A DNA stretch of 64,000 nucleotides from Candidatus Krumholzibacteriia bacterium (GTDB lineage Bacteria; Krumholzibacteriota; Krumholzibacteriia; Krumholzibacteriales; Krumholzibacteriaceae), in NCBI GenBank assembly GCA_963770685.1, contig CAVYQN010000007.1, positions 12,170 through 76,169 on the forward strand. Reading direction: 5' to 3'. A program made the translations under genes and the position numbers. The notes under the pieces were generated by a model that did not search any database, was not told where the DNA came from, and was given only the letters and a program-made list of their open reading frames with translations. Numbering within the stretch: position 1 is the first letter of the stretch; each line of letters starts with the position of its first letter. Of this stretch, positions 50,207-59,787 are shown one piece after another.

Positions 50207-51164
50207 TCAACGTTTGATTCTGTTCTCGGCCCTCTGCTTCTTGTCGATGGCGCGCACGAGAAGGACCCATGTCGCCCATCCCAGAAGGACCATCCCCAGG
50301 GAGAAGAGCGAGTACGAGATCTTCCATCCGACGTTTTTCGTGACCGCGCTGAACTCCGACATGCCGCCGATGCTGGCGATCAGGTTCAGACGGGAGGAAG
50401 ATGATGTTGATCAGCGTGAGGTTCTTGAGAAGGACGTTCACGTTGTTGTTCACGATCGTGCCGCGAGCGTCCATAAGCCCGGAAAGAACGGTGGTGAAGA
50501 TCTGGGCCTGCTTGGCGCACTGGAAATTATCCAGGATGATGTCGTCGAGCATCTCGGTCTGCTCCTTCGTCAGCCCGAGTTTCTCCGCGGAGGCGCGCAC
50601 CTTGGCGAGGGTGCTGCCGTTGGCCTCGATGGCGTTCAGATAGTAGATGAGCGCTTCTCCGAGGGCGAACATCTGGAGCAGGTACCGGTTCTCCATCGAC
50701 GTGCTGATCTTGGATTCGAGATCGACGGTGAGCTGCTTTATGGCTTTGAGATGGTCGAGGTAATGATGCACGGTGTGCAGGAAGAATTTGAGCAGCACGT
50801 CGACCGTCGAACTGACCCCCTGAAATTCCTTGGCCGAGAACGGGATGCCGCTCTCGCTCATGATCACGTGAAGCATGCCTCGGTTGTAGAAAAGCCCCGC
50901 CGAGGTAACGTCCAGCCTCAGGCGCTGGTCGACCGAGAGGTTTTTCGGCCTCTTCCAGATGACATAAACGCCCTCGCGGTAGAACTGAACGCGCGAGATC
51001 TCGTCGGGATCGAGCGCCGATTCGATGTCGTGGGGATCGAGCCCTATCACGTCCGCTATCTCGCGCTTCTCCTCCTCCCCGGGAGCCACGTACACGTTCA
51101 CGTCGATCCGCCCGCCGGCGGATGGGATGATCGAACCGTCAACAAGTTCAAAGGTGCTTTTCAT
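50207..51164 (-). CDS. corA: CorA-family divalent cation transporter, frameshifted near the 3' end in this assembly
   Basis: The start is M132 of ORF 49968..51557 (51164), after GGGGGGAGGAAG. The cytoplasmic domain and stalk run through LLKNLTLINIIFLP. The +1 frame continues LNLIASIGGMSEFSAVTKNVGWKISYSLFSLGMVLLGWATWVLLVRAIDKKQRAENRIKR and stops at TGA 50209-50207, giving TM1, a loop motif and TM2. The junction is at about 50390 (coding CCG T CTG AAC). 958 nt minus 1 gives 319 codons. The tracked ORF tail overlapping the peptidase gene is spurious. Confidence 0.8.
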
Positions 51165-51575
51165 CTTCCTCCCCCCTTCCGATCCGGCCGGCTCCCGCGG
51201 ATTCGACCGCGGACTCTCACCGCGGGTGCTCAGCCCCGCTACGGTCATGTCATGGAAATTTCGGCGACCGCAACCATGGTAATCCAGCGGCCGCCATTTA
51301 TTCAAACACCAAGTTGCGCACCTTTGAAAAATTATCTTTTCCCCGTTTGTTCGGACAAAGAGGCGGCCGTGACGATGCGATCGATGATCGCCGGCCGTCC
51401 CGGGTTCGCATGTGCCTTTTTCCGATCCGGCCCCGGCCGCCCGCGCGCATCTCCACTTGAAATTCCCCCGGATAACGGATAAGATGCCCCGATGACGCGG
51501 CGCGGGCCGGGGACGCATCGTGGAACCGGCTGAAAAGGTTCGCAGGCGGGATATCAAAAAACGCGGGAGGATACG

Positions 51576-52576
51576 TTGGACGTTTTAGAACAGGGAGCCG
51601 GGGAGTTGTTTACCGATCCCGATCCCGACAGGGCCAGGGAGTTTTTCCACTCCAAATCGCGGAAGATGGTGAAGCAAGCTGATGCCCCTGAAGGAAGCGA
51701 TCGAAAGGTTCGTAAAGGACGGCGAGTACCTGGCGATAGGAGGGTTCGGGGCGAACAGGGCGCCGATCGCCGCGTGCCACGAGATAGTCCGCCAGGGGAG
51801 AAGGAATATGGGCTTCGCCGGCCACACATCCACCCACGATTTCCAGATCCTCGCGGCCGGAGAGGTCTTCGACAGATGCGACGTGGCCTATATAATAGGC
51901 CTCGAAGCGAGGGGGCTCTCGCCGGTCGCGCGCAGATACATGCAAAGCGGCAGGGTCAGGGTCACCGAATGGAGCAATTACAGCCTCGCCGCGAGGCTCA
52001 AGGCGGCCACGATGGGCGTGCCGTTCGTCCCGACGAGGACCATCATGGGAACGGACACCTTCACGCACAGCGCCGCGAAGATCGTGGAATGCCCGTTCAC
52101 GGGCACGAAGGTCGTGCTTCAACCCGCGCTTTATCCCGACGTCTCCGTGATCCACGTCCATGAGGCGGACATCTACGGCAACTGCCGCATCAGGGGGATC
52201 ATGATCGCCGACGACGATCTCGCCAGGGCGAGCAGGAAACTTATCATAACGTGCGAGAGGCTCGATCCCGAACGACGAGATCAGGCGCGATCCGACCGCC
52301 ACGAGGATACCCTACTTCCTCGTCGACGCCGTGTGCGAAACCCCGTACGGCGCCTATCCGGGGAATATGGCGTACGAGTATTTCTCCGACGAAGAGCATC
52401 TGAAGGAATGGCTGGCGGCCGAGGAGGACGCGGAGACATTCAAAGGCTTCATGCAAAAGTACATTTACGGCTGCAGGGACCATTACGAATACATCGGGCT
52501 CAACGGCGGCCTTCAGAGGATGATCGAACTGCGCAGGAAAGAGCTTATGATCCACAAAGAGGTGGCCAATGGCTGA
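51576..52576 (+). CDS. CoA-transferase subunit A (glutaconate CoA-transferase GctA-like, family I), with two frameshifts in this assembly
   Basis: TTG 51576, 5 nt after GGGAGG, opens MDVLEQGAGELFTDPDPDRAREFFHSKSRKMV. A +1 shift at about 51678 leads into ORF 51682..52596 (LMPLKEAIERFVKDGEYLAIGGFG...VIHVHEADIYGNCRIRG...LIITCERL). A second +1 shift at about 52264 leads into the ORF 52331..52576 frame (IPNDEIRRDPTATRIPYFLVDAVCETPYGAYPGNMAYEY...). 1001 nt minus 2 gives 333 codons. The N-terminal extension is less certain than the second junction. Confidence 0.8.
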
Positions 52577-53340
52577 TTACAACACGATGGAACTGATGAT
52601 ATGCGTGGCCTCCCGCGAGCTCGAGGACGGCGCGACGGCGGGCGTCGGCACCGGGGCGCCCTGCGCGACGGCGATGCTCGCGCAGAAAACGCATTCGCCC
52701 AACCTGGTCATCATGTTCGAAGCGGGCGGCGTAAGCCCCATTCTTCCCGAGATGCCCATTTCGGTCGGGAGATTCGCGCACCTTTTACAGGGCGGTGATG
52801 GCGTCCGGGATGTGCGATATAATGGAGACGTGCTGCCGCGGATTCGTGGACTACACCTTTCTCGGCGGCGCGCAGATCGACATGTACGGCAACCTCAATT
52901 CCACGAGGATCGGGGGCGACAGCAGGAAGCCGAAGGTGAGGCTGCCCGGGTCGGGAGGGGCGAACGACTTCGCCTCGTTCTGCTGGAAGACGATGGTCAT
53001 GACGGTCCAGGACACGAGGCGTTTCGTCGAGAAGGTCGATTTCCTGACGACCCCCGGGTGGATCAGGGGCGGGAATTCCAGATACGAAGCGGGCCTGCCC
53101 CTGGGGACGGGCCCCTACAGGATAATCACCAACATGGCCGTGATGGATTTCGAGCCGGGCAGCAGGCGCATGAGGATCATGTCGATAAACCCGGGCTATT
53201 CGCTGAAGGACGTGCAGGACAATTGCGGATTCGAGCTTAAACAGGCGCCGAAGATCACGGAGACCATGGCGCCCACGGCGCACGAGCTCACGATCCTTCG
53301 AGAAGAGGTCGATCCGTACCGGTACATAATCGGAAGGTAA
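52569..53340 (+). CDS. CoA-transferase subunit B (GctB-like), frameshifted in this assembly
   Basis: ORF 52569..53240 is good through MFEAGGVSPILPEMPISVG. The ORF 52795..53340 frame continues DSRTFYRAVMASGMCDIMETCCRGFVDYTFLGGAQIDMYGNLNST...LPGSGGANDFA.... The +1 junction is at about 52770. The start ATG overlaps the subunit A stop. 772 nt minus 1 gives 257 codons. Confidence 0.82.
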
Positions 53341-53386
53341 CCCGGCGACGCGGACGAAATTTCCTCGATCCGGCGGGAGATCGCCG

Positions 53387-54469
53387 TCAGGGAACGCGGT
53401 AGACCAGGGAATTGACGTTCATCCCCGCTCCCACCGAGGAGAAGACATAGACGGCTCCGGAAGCGAAGACGTGGTCGCCGAGCTCCCCGCGACAGAGAAG
53501 ATCCAGTATCGTCGGGACCGTCGCGACCGAGCTGTTTCCCAGCCATGATATCGTCATCGGCAGCGCGAGAGGCGGGAGATCCTTGACTCCGTAAAGCTTC
53601 CCGACCCGCTTCAGAATCGCTTCCACCATCTTCGCGTTCGCCTGGTGAAAGATGAACTTGTCGATGTCCCCCACCGAAAGGCCGGCCTTGTCCATGCTCT
53701 GCTTGACGACGAGGGGAACGGTCATCAGGGCGTATTCGTAAACCGCCCTGCCGTCCATCTTGAGAAAGAGCTCGGTCCCCCCGTAATCGCTGCGGTAAGA
53801 TTTCCCCATGCTGAGAAAGAAGGCCTGCTTGACCGCATCGGTCCTCGAGGCGTGGGCGAGGACTCCCTTGGGCGTTTCAGAAGCGATCGCTTCGAGCACC
53901 ACCGCTCCCGCCCCGTCGGAGAAGAGCATGCTGTCCCTGTCGTGGGGATCGTATATCCTCGACAGCGTTTCCGCGCCTATCACGAGGATCTTCTTCGCGT
54001 CGCCCGAGCGGATGTAGTAATCGGCCTGTATGACCCCCTGTATCCAACCGGGGCAGCCGAAGATGACGTCGTACGCCACCGTTGCGGGATTCCTGATCCC
54101 GAGTTTCTGCTTGACCCTCGATGCAAGGCTCGGAACCATGTCCATGTTCCTGGTCCCGGCCTTTATGTCCCCGAAATTTTGGGCGAAAATTATATAGTCC
54201 AGGTCCTCGCCCGAAGCCCCCGCCGATGCGAGCGCCTTTTCGGCCGCGTAAAACGCGATGTCGGAGAGCATCAGGTCGTCTGCAATGTATCTTCTCTCGA
54301 CTATGTCGGTGATCCTGCCGAAATCGTCGATGATCTGCGTGTTCGATTTCTCGAAAAGGTTCCCGTCCTCGTCGAAGAATTCACTTTCCAGAAAGGTTTT
54401 GTTGTCGATGGTTTTCGGAGGGATATAGCTGCCTGTCCCGGTGATAACCGTATAAATCTGGCCTTTCAC
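53387..54469 (-). CDS. 3-oxoacyl-ACP synthase III family protein (second, Bacteroidetes-type KASIII paralogue)
   Basis: Intact 360-aa ORF with a GTG start after GGAGGAAAT. It has the active-site Cys context VIFGCPGWIQG, FHQANAKMVE and WLGNSSVATVP. It is distinct from fabH at 31409..32410. Confidence 0.8.
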   Translation of the reverse strand: MKGQIYTVITGTGSYIPPKTIDNKTFLESEFFDEDGNLFEKSNTQIIDDFGRITDIVERRYIADDLMLSDIAFYAAEKALASAGASGEDLDYIIFAQNFGDIKAGTRNMDMVPSLASRVKQKLGIRNPATVAYDVIFGCPGWIQGVIQADYYIRSGDAKKILVIGAETLSRIYDPHDRDSMLFSDGAGAVVLEAIASETPKGVLAHASRTDAVKQAFFLSMGKSYRSDYGGTELFLKMDGRAVYEYALMTVPLVVKQSMDKAGLSVGDIDKFIFHQANAKMVEAILKRVGKLYGVKDLPPLALPMTISWLGNSSVATVPTILDLLCRGELGDHVFASGAVYVFSSVGAGMNVNSLVYRVP

Positions 54470-54750
54470 ATTTCCTCCAGTAACAAACTGCCCTGTCTAT
54501 CGCTTGATACCTGCCCGACGCGAACCCTGCGCGGCGGGGCAGGTCTTACGCTTTATCATGACTTCATCCAAAAGAATTGTCCGAGAAAATCCCGATGTCA
54601 ATAAAATTATAAACAGACCTGACGCTCATCGGCCGGAACAGCGGATTCATCGCCTGCATATCGGAAGTCGTTTGAGAGATGAACCTCCATGCTGCCGCGG
54701 AACCGGGTCGCCGCATATGATATTTCTTATATGGCAATAATTATAAATAA

Positions 54751-54779
54751 TTGACATAAGATAATATTTGAAATATATT
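54751..54779 (+). promoter_or_regulatory. Sigma-70-like promoter candidate upstream of the radical SAM gene
   Basis: TTGACA (54751-54756), a 17-nt spacer and TATATT (54774-54779), within the most AT-rich stretch of the window. It lies about 85 nt upstream of ATG 54863. This is motif match only. Confidence 0.4.
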
Positions 54780-54862
54780 TACAATATCATAACGGCCGTG
54801 CATGTGATTCCGCGAAAAAGTCGCTGCACCTCATAGAGACATTCCGGCCTGAAAAGAGAAAG

Positions 54863-56344
54863 ATGAAAAAGATCCTTCTGGTATACCCGAAAACTCCGAC
54901 CACATTTTACAGTTTCGATCACGCCCTGAAGCTGATCGCGAAGAAATCGGACGCTCCTCCTCTCGGGCTCATAACGGTCGCGGCGATGCTTCCGGAATCA
55001 TGGGAGAGGAGGCTGATCGATCTCAACGTGTCGAGGCTCGCGGATTCAGATCTGCTGTGGGCCGATTACGTTTTCATAAGCGGGATGAGCGTGCACGAAA
55101 AATCGTTCAGGAACGTGATCGGCCGGTGCAACCGGCTCGGCGTGAAGGTCGTCGCGGGCGGGCCGCTCGTGACCATGGAACATGAAGCTTTCCCGGGCGT
55201 TGACCACTTCGTGCTCAACGAGGCCGAGGTGACTCTGCCTCTCTTCCTCAAGGACCTGGAGAACGGGAACCCTGCCCATGTCTACCGTTGTTCCGATTTC
55301 CCCGATCTTTCCTCCACTCCGGTCCCCAGGTGGGACCTTCTGAGGATGAAGGATTACGCCAGCATGAACATCCAGTATTCGAGGGGTTGCCCGCACGACT
55401 GCGAATTCTGCAGCATAACGGTCCTCAACGGCCGCAGGCCGAGGACGAAGTCCCGCGAGCAGTTCATAAACGAACTGGAGTCCCTTTACCTGGCCGGCTG
55501 GCGGCACAGGGTTTTCGTAGTCGACGACAATTTCATCGGTAACCATGGGAAACTCAAGAACGAGATACTTCCCGCGATGATCGATTGGTCGAAGAAAAGG
55601 GATTACCCCTTCGCGTTCACCACGGAAGTCAGCGTCGACATCGCGGACGACCGGGAATTGCTCGATCTCATGGTGAAAGCCGGTTTCGAGACGGTGTTCA
55701 TAGGGATCGAGACGCCGAGCGACGACGGCCTTGCCGAATGCGGAAAATACAAGAACCGCGGCCGCGATCTCGTCGAAACCATCAGGCAGATCCAGCGGCG
55801 CGGCCTCATGGTCTCGGCCGGGTTCATCGTCGGGTTCGACAGCGACCAGCCGGGAATATTCCAGCAGCAGATAAAATTCATACAGAACAGCGGGATCGTG
55901 ACCGCCATGGTGGGAATCCTGAACGCTCCCGTCGGCACGCGCCTCTTCAAGAGGCTCAAATCCGAAAAACGCCTCGTCGACAGGGTCAGCGGCGACAACA
56001 TGGATTGCTCGACCAATTTCATCCCCAGAATGGACTATCAGAACCTCGTCAGCGGGTACAGGGACATTCTGAAGACGATATACTCACAGAGCGGCTACTA
56101 CGAACGCATAAAGATCTTCCTCAGGGAATACAATGCTCCGAAGGAACGGAAGGAAAGGGTCAGCCTCGCGGACCTTCTGACCCTCGTCCGGCTCACCTGG
56201 GCCCTGGGAATCAGGGAAAGGGGGAAGAGGTACTTCTGGAAGCTTTTCTTCCTGAGCCTCTTCAGATACCCTCAGAGGTTCCCGCTCGCGATGACCATGG
56301 CCGTCTACGGTTTTCATTTCAGGCAGATCGCCGTCAATATGTGA
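54863..56344 (+). CDS. B12-binding-domain radical SAM protein (class B, with DUF4070-like C-terminal region)
   Basis: Intact 493-aa ORF. The N-terminal cobalamin-binding-like domain reads MKKILLVYPKT...LGLITVAAML...YVFISGMS. The radical SAM cluster motif is YSRGCPHDCEFC, and the long C-terminal region reads DYQNLVSGYRDILKTIYS.... Confidence 0.8.
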   Translation: MKKILLVYPKTPTTFYSFDHALKLIAKKSDAPPLGLITVAAMLPESWERRLIDLNVSRLADSDLLWADYVFISGMSVHEKSFRNVIGRCNRLGVKVVAGGPLVTMEHEAFPGVDHFVLNEAEVTLPLFLKDLENGNPAHVYRCSDFPDLSSTPVPRWDLLRMKDYASMNIQYSRGCPHDCEFCSITVLNGRRPRTKSREQFINELESLYLAGWRHRVFVVDDNFIGNHGKLKNEILPAMIDWSKKRDYPFAFTTEVSVDIADDRELLDLMVKAGFETVFIGIETPSDDGLAECGKYKNRGRDLVETIRQIQRRGLMVSAGFIVGFDSDQPGIFQQQIKFIQNSGIVTAMVGILNAPVGTRLFKRLKSEKRLVDRVSGDNMDCSTNFIPRMDYQNLVSGYRDILKTIYSQSGYYERIKIFLREYNAPKERKERVSLADLLTLVRLTWALGIRERGKRYFWKLFFLSLFRYPQRFPLAMTMAVYGFHFRQIAVNM

Positions 56345-56371
56345 GGCCGGCTCCGTTCGGCCCCGCCTTTT

Positions 56372-57600
56372 TCAGAACGCCGTCGACGCTCCCGCCGTGA
56401 AACTGTAGTCCTCGCGCTCGGCCTCGTACGTCGCCTCGGCGAGCAGGCGGAGATTCCTCCGGAGAAGATAGCCGAATCCGGCGGTCATCGACCGGTGGTT
56501 CAGCCCCTCGTAATCCGACTCTATGAAATTATAGAGAAGCGTGACGAACGGCCGCCCCATCTCTCCGCGCACAAGCCAGACGAGCTCGGCGAGCCCGCCT
56601 GTCGTTTTTATCTCGTCGGCGGGTTTTGCCGCGAGGAAGTCCGGGTTCTCGTCGTAACGCTCGAGGTACTGCGCGTTGAGCTGGACCCTGTCCCTGAAAT
56701 CGACCGTGCCGTCTACCCCCCAGTAATAGTGCCGGTTGTCGATCGGGTTTACCGGAATACCGTGGAGTCCGGATTGCTCATCCTCGTGTTGCAGAGGTAT
56801 CCGAAACCGCCGAGCCTGACCGGCCCGGCCTGCTGCGACACCCTGAGGAAGGTGTTCTTCCATTCGTCGGCGTCGAAGAAACCGGTTTCCCCCTTTTCCC
56901 CGATGCCGTTGCCGTTCACGACCTGAAGAACGATGTCGGTCCCCGTCGGGAGGCCGTACAGGAACATCAGCCCCCTGTCGTAGGCAAGATTCGTCGGGGA
57001 TGCGCCCACCCTCGTCTTGTATATGAGATAGTCCTCGTAAGTCAGGCGCAACTCCCTCTTGAAAAGGGGATCGGAGACCTGGAACTGCCCGGCCAGGATG
57101 TCCAGCTCCGTGCCGAAAAGGTTGTTGAAGTGAATATAGGCGTCCTCCACGCCGGCCACCTCGCCCTGCTCCGACATGTAGAAATAGAAATAATAGCCGA
57201 CGGAGCTCGAGATGTTCCCTCCCGAAAGGATCTTTATCCCGAAGGGGGTCTTCAAATCGTTCATGCCGCCCCTCTCTTCGTGGTAGGTGCCCTGCATGTA
57301 GGCGTCGAACCTGACGGCGATCGGGTAATCACGCTGGAGGGTCAGGAGATCGTCTCCCGTGTCGTGGAAGGCGCGCGACGGCTCCTCGCCGTCGGGAAGC
57401 TGAAAGGCGTTTCCCGCAAAGTCTTCGCCGTACGCCTTGAGCCTCGGGGCCGGGGCGTGGCAGGTCGTGCACGAAAATTTGTATTTCCTCGCAAAGGCGG
57501 GGATGGCGTTCGAGACGGCCGGCAGAAGCGCCAGGAGGAAAGCGGCCAGAAAGGGCGCCATCACTAGAATCTTCGTTCGACTTTTCTTAAGCGTCATCAT
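56372..57600 (-). CDS. Monohaem cytochrome c fused to an outer-membrane beta-barrel (Cyc2-like cytochrome-porin candidate), frameshifted in this assembly
   Basis: ORF 56749..57600 has a signal peptide (MMTLKKSRTKILVMAPFLAAFLLALLPAVSNA), then IPAFARKYKFSCTTCH (a single CXXCH), then strand-like sequence through PVRLGGFGY. The ORF 56372..56863 frame continues ...GLHGIPVNPIDNRHYYWGVDGTVDF... and ends YSFTAGASTAF (terminal Phe). The -1 junction lies somewhere in 56765-56815. 1229 nt plus 1 gives 410 codons. Confidence 0.65.
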
Positions 57601-57687
57601 CTGCTACCTCCATCGGTATCGGAATCCCGTTCTTCGCATACATCCCTTTCATCCACGACGCCCGGCGCCGGAGGCCGCCAGGCCCGG

Positions 57688-59056
57688 TCAGTCCACGACC
57701 TCGAACCAGGTCTCGGCGTCGTTGACCTTCACGATCTCCGTCTCGTCCGCCGGGACCTTGAGCAGCTCGGCGACCGACGCGACGAGCCTTCGATAGTTAA
57801 GCGCCGCCCTGACGATCACCCTTCCGGGGGCGATGTCGTCGGGAAGGGCCCACGTGTACGTCTCGATCTTCGTTTCCCTCGGGCCTATCCTGTAATCGGT
57901 CCCGAGCGACGCCGTGTTCCACTGGGCTATCGTTCGCCGCCCCTCCTTGTCGAAATAAGGGAGGCAGAAGATCCTGTCCCCCTCGGGAAGGGCGTCCCTG
58001 GGTATGCCTGCGAATGACGGCTCGCCGCGCATGAAACCGATATCCTGGTAGGCAAGGATGTTGCTCGTTATCGTCTCGTCCTCCCCGTCGAAACCCTTCC
58101 TGTCGACCGGGAGGTGAAACTCCCTCCCCTCGGAATCGACGGCCGTGACGCGAAGCCAGAGCTGCCTCTCCTCGGCCGATCCGGACGGGACCTTGTGGCC
58201 GCACTTCCCGTTGAAAAGCTGAACCTTTATCACGGCGCGGTCGCCGGGCTCGAGCTCGCGCTCCTCCGGATGCATCCTCATCTCGATCGATCCGCCCACC
58301 TTGCCCGGATCATGGGCGCCGTGGAAGAGATGCTGTGCGACGTCGGGATGCTCCTTCCTCGCCGTGTTGGCGTTCCTGCCCGGCGCCTTCGGCATATGGC
58401 AGGCGTGGCACTGGACCCCCTGCGCGTTGTACGGCCCCTCGGCCCATTCGAGCTCGGTCGATTTGACCCAGATCCCGTACGGGTTCATCTCGTTGTGGCA
58501 GATTCCGCAATAGGGGGCGGTGCTGACGAAATCGTTTTTCGCCGTCTCGTGGTGCGGCGAAACGACCCCCTCGCGGTTCGCGTATTTCACGCGTCCGGGC
58601 GAATGCACGTAGTTGAAGTTCACGGAAGGGTCGCCCAGTCCTCGCCGTGATCGTATGGCAGATGTCGCAGGAGACGCTCTCGTTCGCCCTCGAGCCAGCC
58701 TCGGGGCGCGGCGGTGTTCTGGTCCCCGTGATCCACATCAGCGGCGTGTGGCAGCCGTTGCACCCTGCGACCGCGTCCGCAAGCGCCGGATCACGCTTGA
58801 CGTGCTCGAGCGCGAGATCGAAATACTCTATCTCGTCCCAGTGGTGAACGTAGGCCTGCGACATCATCGACTGGCTCCACTGCTCGTAGATGTCGATGTG
58901 GCACTGGCGGCAGGTCTGGGGGCGCTCGAAATCGCCCTCCTTGAAGGCGCCGAAGGGCGCGCTTCCCCCCTCCCCGCCCACCGCCGGGTTTACCGTCGGG
59001 GTCAAAAGAACGAGGAAAACGGCCTGGATGGCAGATACGGCAAAGCATCTTTTCAT
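57688..59056 (-). CDS. Secreted pentahaem c-type cytochrome, frameshifted in this assembly
   Basis: The start is M9 of ORF 58310..59080 (MKRCFAVSAIQAVFLVLLTPTVNPA). Five CXXCH motifs are present: CRQCH, CNGCH and CDICH in ORF 58310..59080, and CGICH and CHACH in ORF 57688..58623. The +1 junction lies within 58625-58655, between CDICHTIT and DPSVNFNYVHSPG. 1369 nt minus 1 gives 456 codons. Confidence 0.8.
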
Positions 59057-59203
59057 CTCTTCCACCTCTCGGGTCCGCATTGTCCTTTATTCCGATGATC
59101 GATTGATAAGAGGAGTTATATCAGAAAATGACAATATTCAATAGAAAATTTAGTCCGCATCGAACCCTCGCGACAAGGTCGGCCGCGATTCATTTAAAAT
59201 GCT

Positions 59204-59233
59204 TTGTCTTCCAGGCGCCGATTATCCTATAAT
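59204..59233 (+). promoter_or_regulatory. Sigma-70-like promoter candidate
   Basis: TTGTCT (59204-59209), an 18-nt spacer and a perfect TATAAT (59228-59233), about 95 nt upstream of ATG 59329. This is motif match only. Confidence 0.4.
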
Positions 59234-59328
59234 GCTCTCCATCGCAATCATTCATTTCTCCCGGCAGGCATCTTTTCAGGATACTTCGGCATTGCCGGTT
59301 GAAGAACGCTTTTCCGAGGGAGGACGAC

Positions 59329-59745
59329 ATGAGGAGAATAATTTCAGTTTCAGCGTTGATCGCGATTCTGGCCGCCGGAGCGGTCTGCACGGCGAAGGCG
59401 CAGGGATACGCAACGGAGGGGGCGGGCCTGACGATAGGAAGGCTGGTCATCGCCGCGGGCATCGAAGACAGGGAGCCGGTCGGCGTTGCGGACAGGTTCT
59501 CTTCTGACACCGCCACCGTCTATTGCTTCCTGGAGGCGAACAATATCGCCGCGGATATCGAGGTTGCCTTCGTCTGGATCCTCAATGGGACGGAGATACT
59601 TGAAACCCCGATGGCGCTCAAGGCGGCCCCGCGATGGAGAACCTGGGCAGCCAAGAATTTGTACGGTCTCGAGGGCGACTGGAAGGTCGAGCTGCGGGAC
59701 GCGTCGGGCACCGTCCTTCGAACCGTGGAGTTCAAGGTCGAATAG
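59329..59745 (+). CDS. Small secreted protein (DUF2914-like C-terminal domain, tentative)
   Basis: ORF 59299..59745, with the start at M11 after GGGAGG. It has a signal peptide (MRRIISVSALIAILAAGAVCTAKA) and a C-terminal pattern RWRTWAAKNLYGLEGDWKVELRDASGTVLRTVEFKV. Confidence 0.55.
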   Translation: MRRIISVSALIAILAAGAVCTAKAQGYATEGAGLTIGRLVIAAGIEDREPVGVADRFSSDTATVYCFLEANNIAADIEVAFVWILNGTEILETPMALKAAPRWRTWAAKNLYGLEGDWKVELRDASGTVLRTVEFKVE

Positions 59746-59787
59746 CCGGACGGCGCCCGATGCCTGTAATCCCGCTGTCTCAAGCCG

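Noticed and set aside
51185-51245. tRNA/tmRNA-like element: GGTCGAATCC T-loop-like sequence and a GGGGCTGA string on the minus strand upstream of corA.
   Set aside because: The loop is one nt short of a T-loop. No complementary acceptor stem, D-arm or anticodon arm could be built, and the spacing does not fit tmRNA.
51165-51420. M-box (Mg2+) riboswitch upstream of corA.
   Set aside because: I could not recognise the conserved M-box core by eye. Only the CCGCGG boxes stand out, and these are reported separately at low interest.
54504-54740. 78-aa ORF in the AT-rich KASIII/rSAM intergenic region, and the 67-aa ORF 48870..49073 in the 48.8-49.1 kb intergenic region.
   Set aside because: They have no RBS, odd composition and no recognisable motif. 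They lie in regions better explained as divergent promoter DNA.
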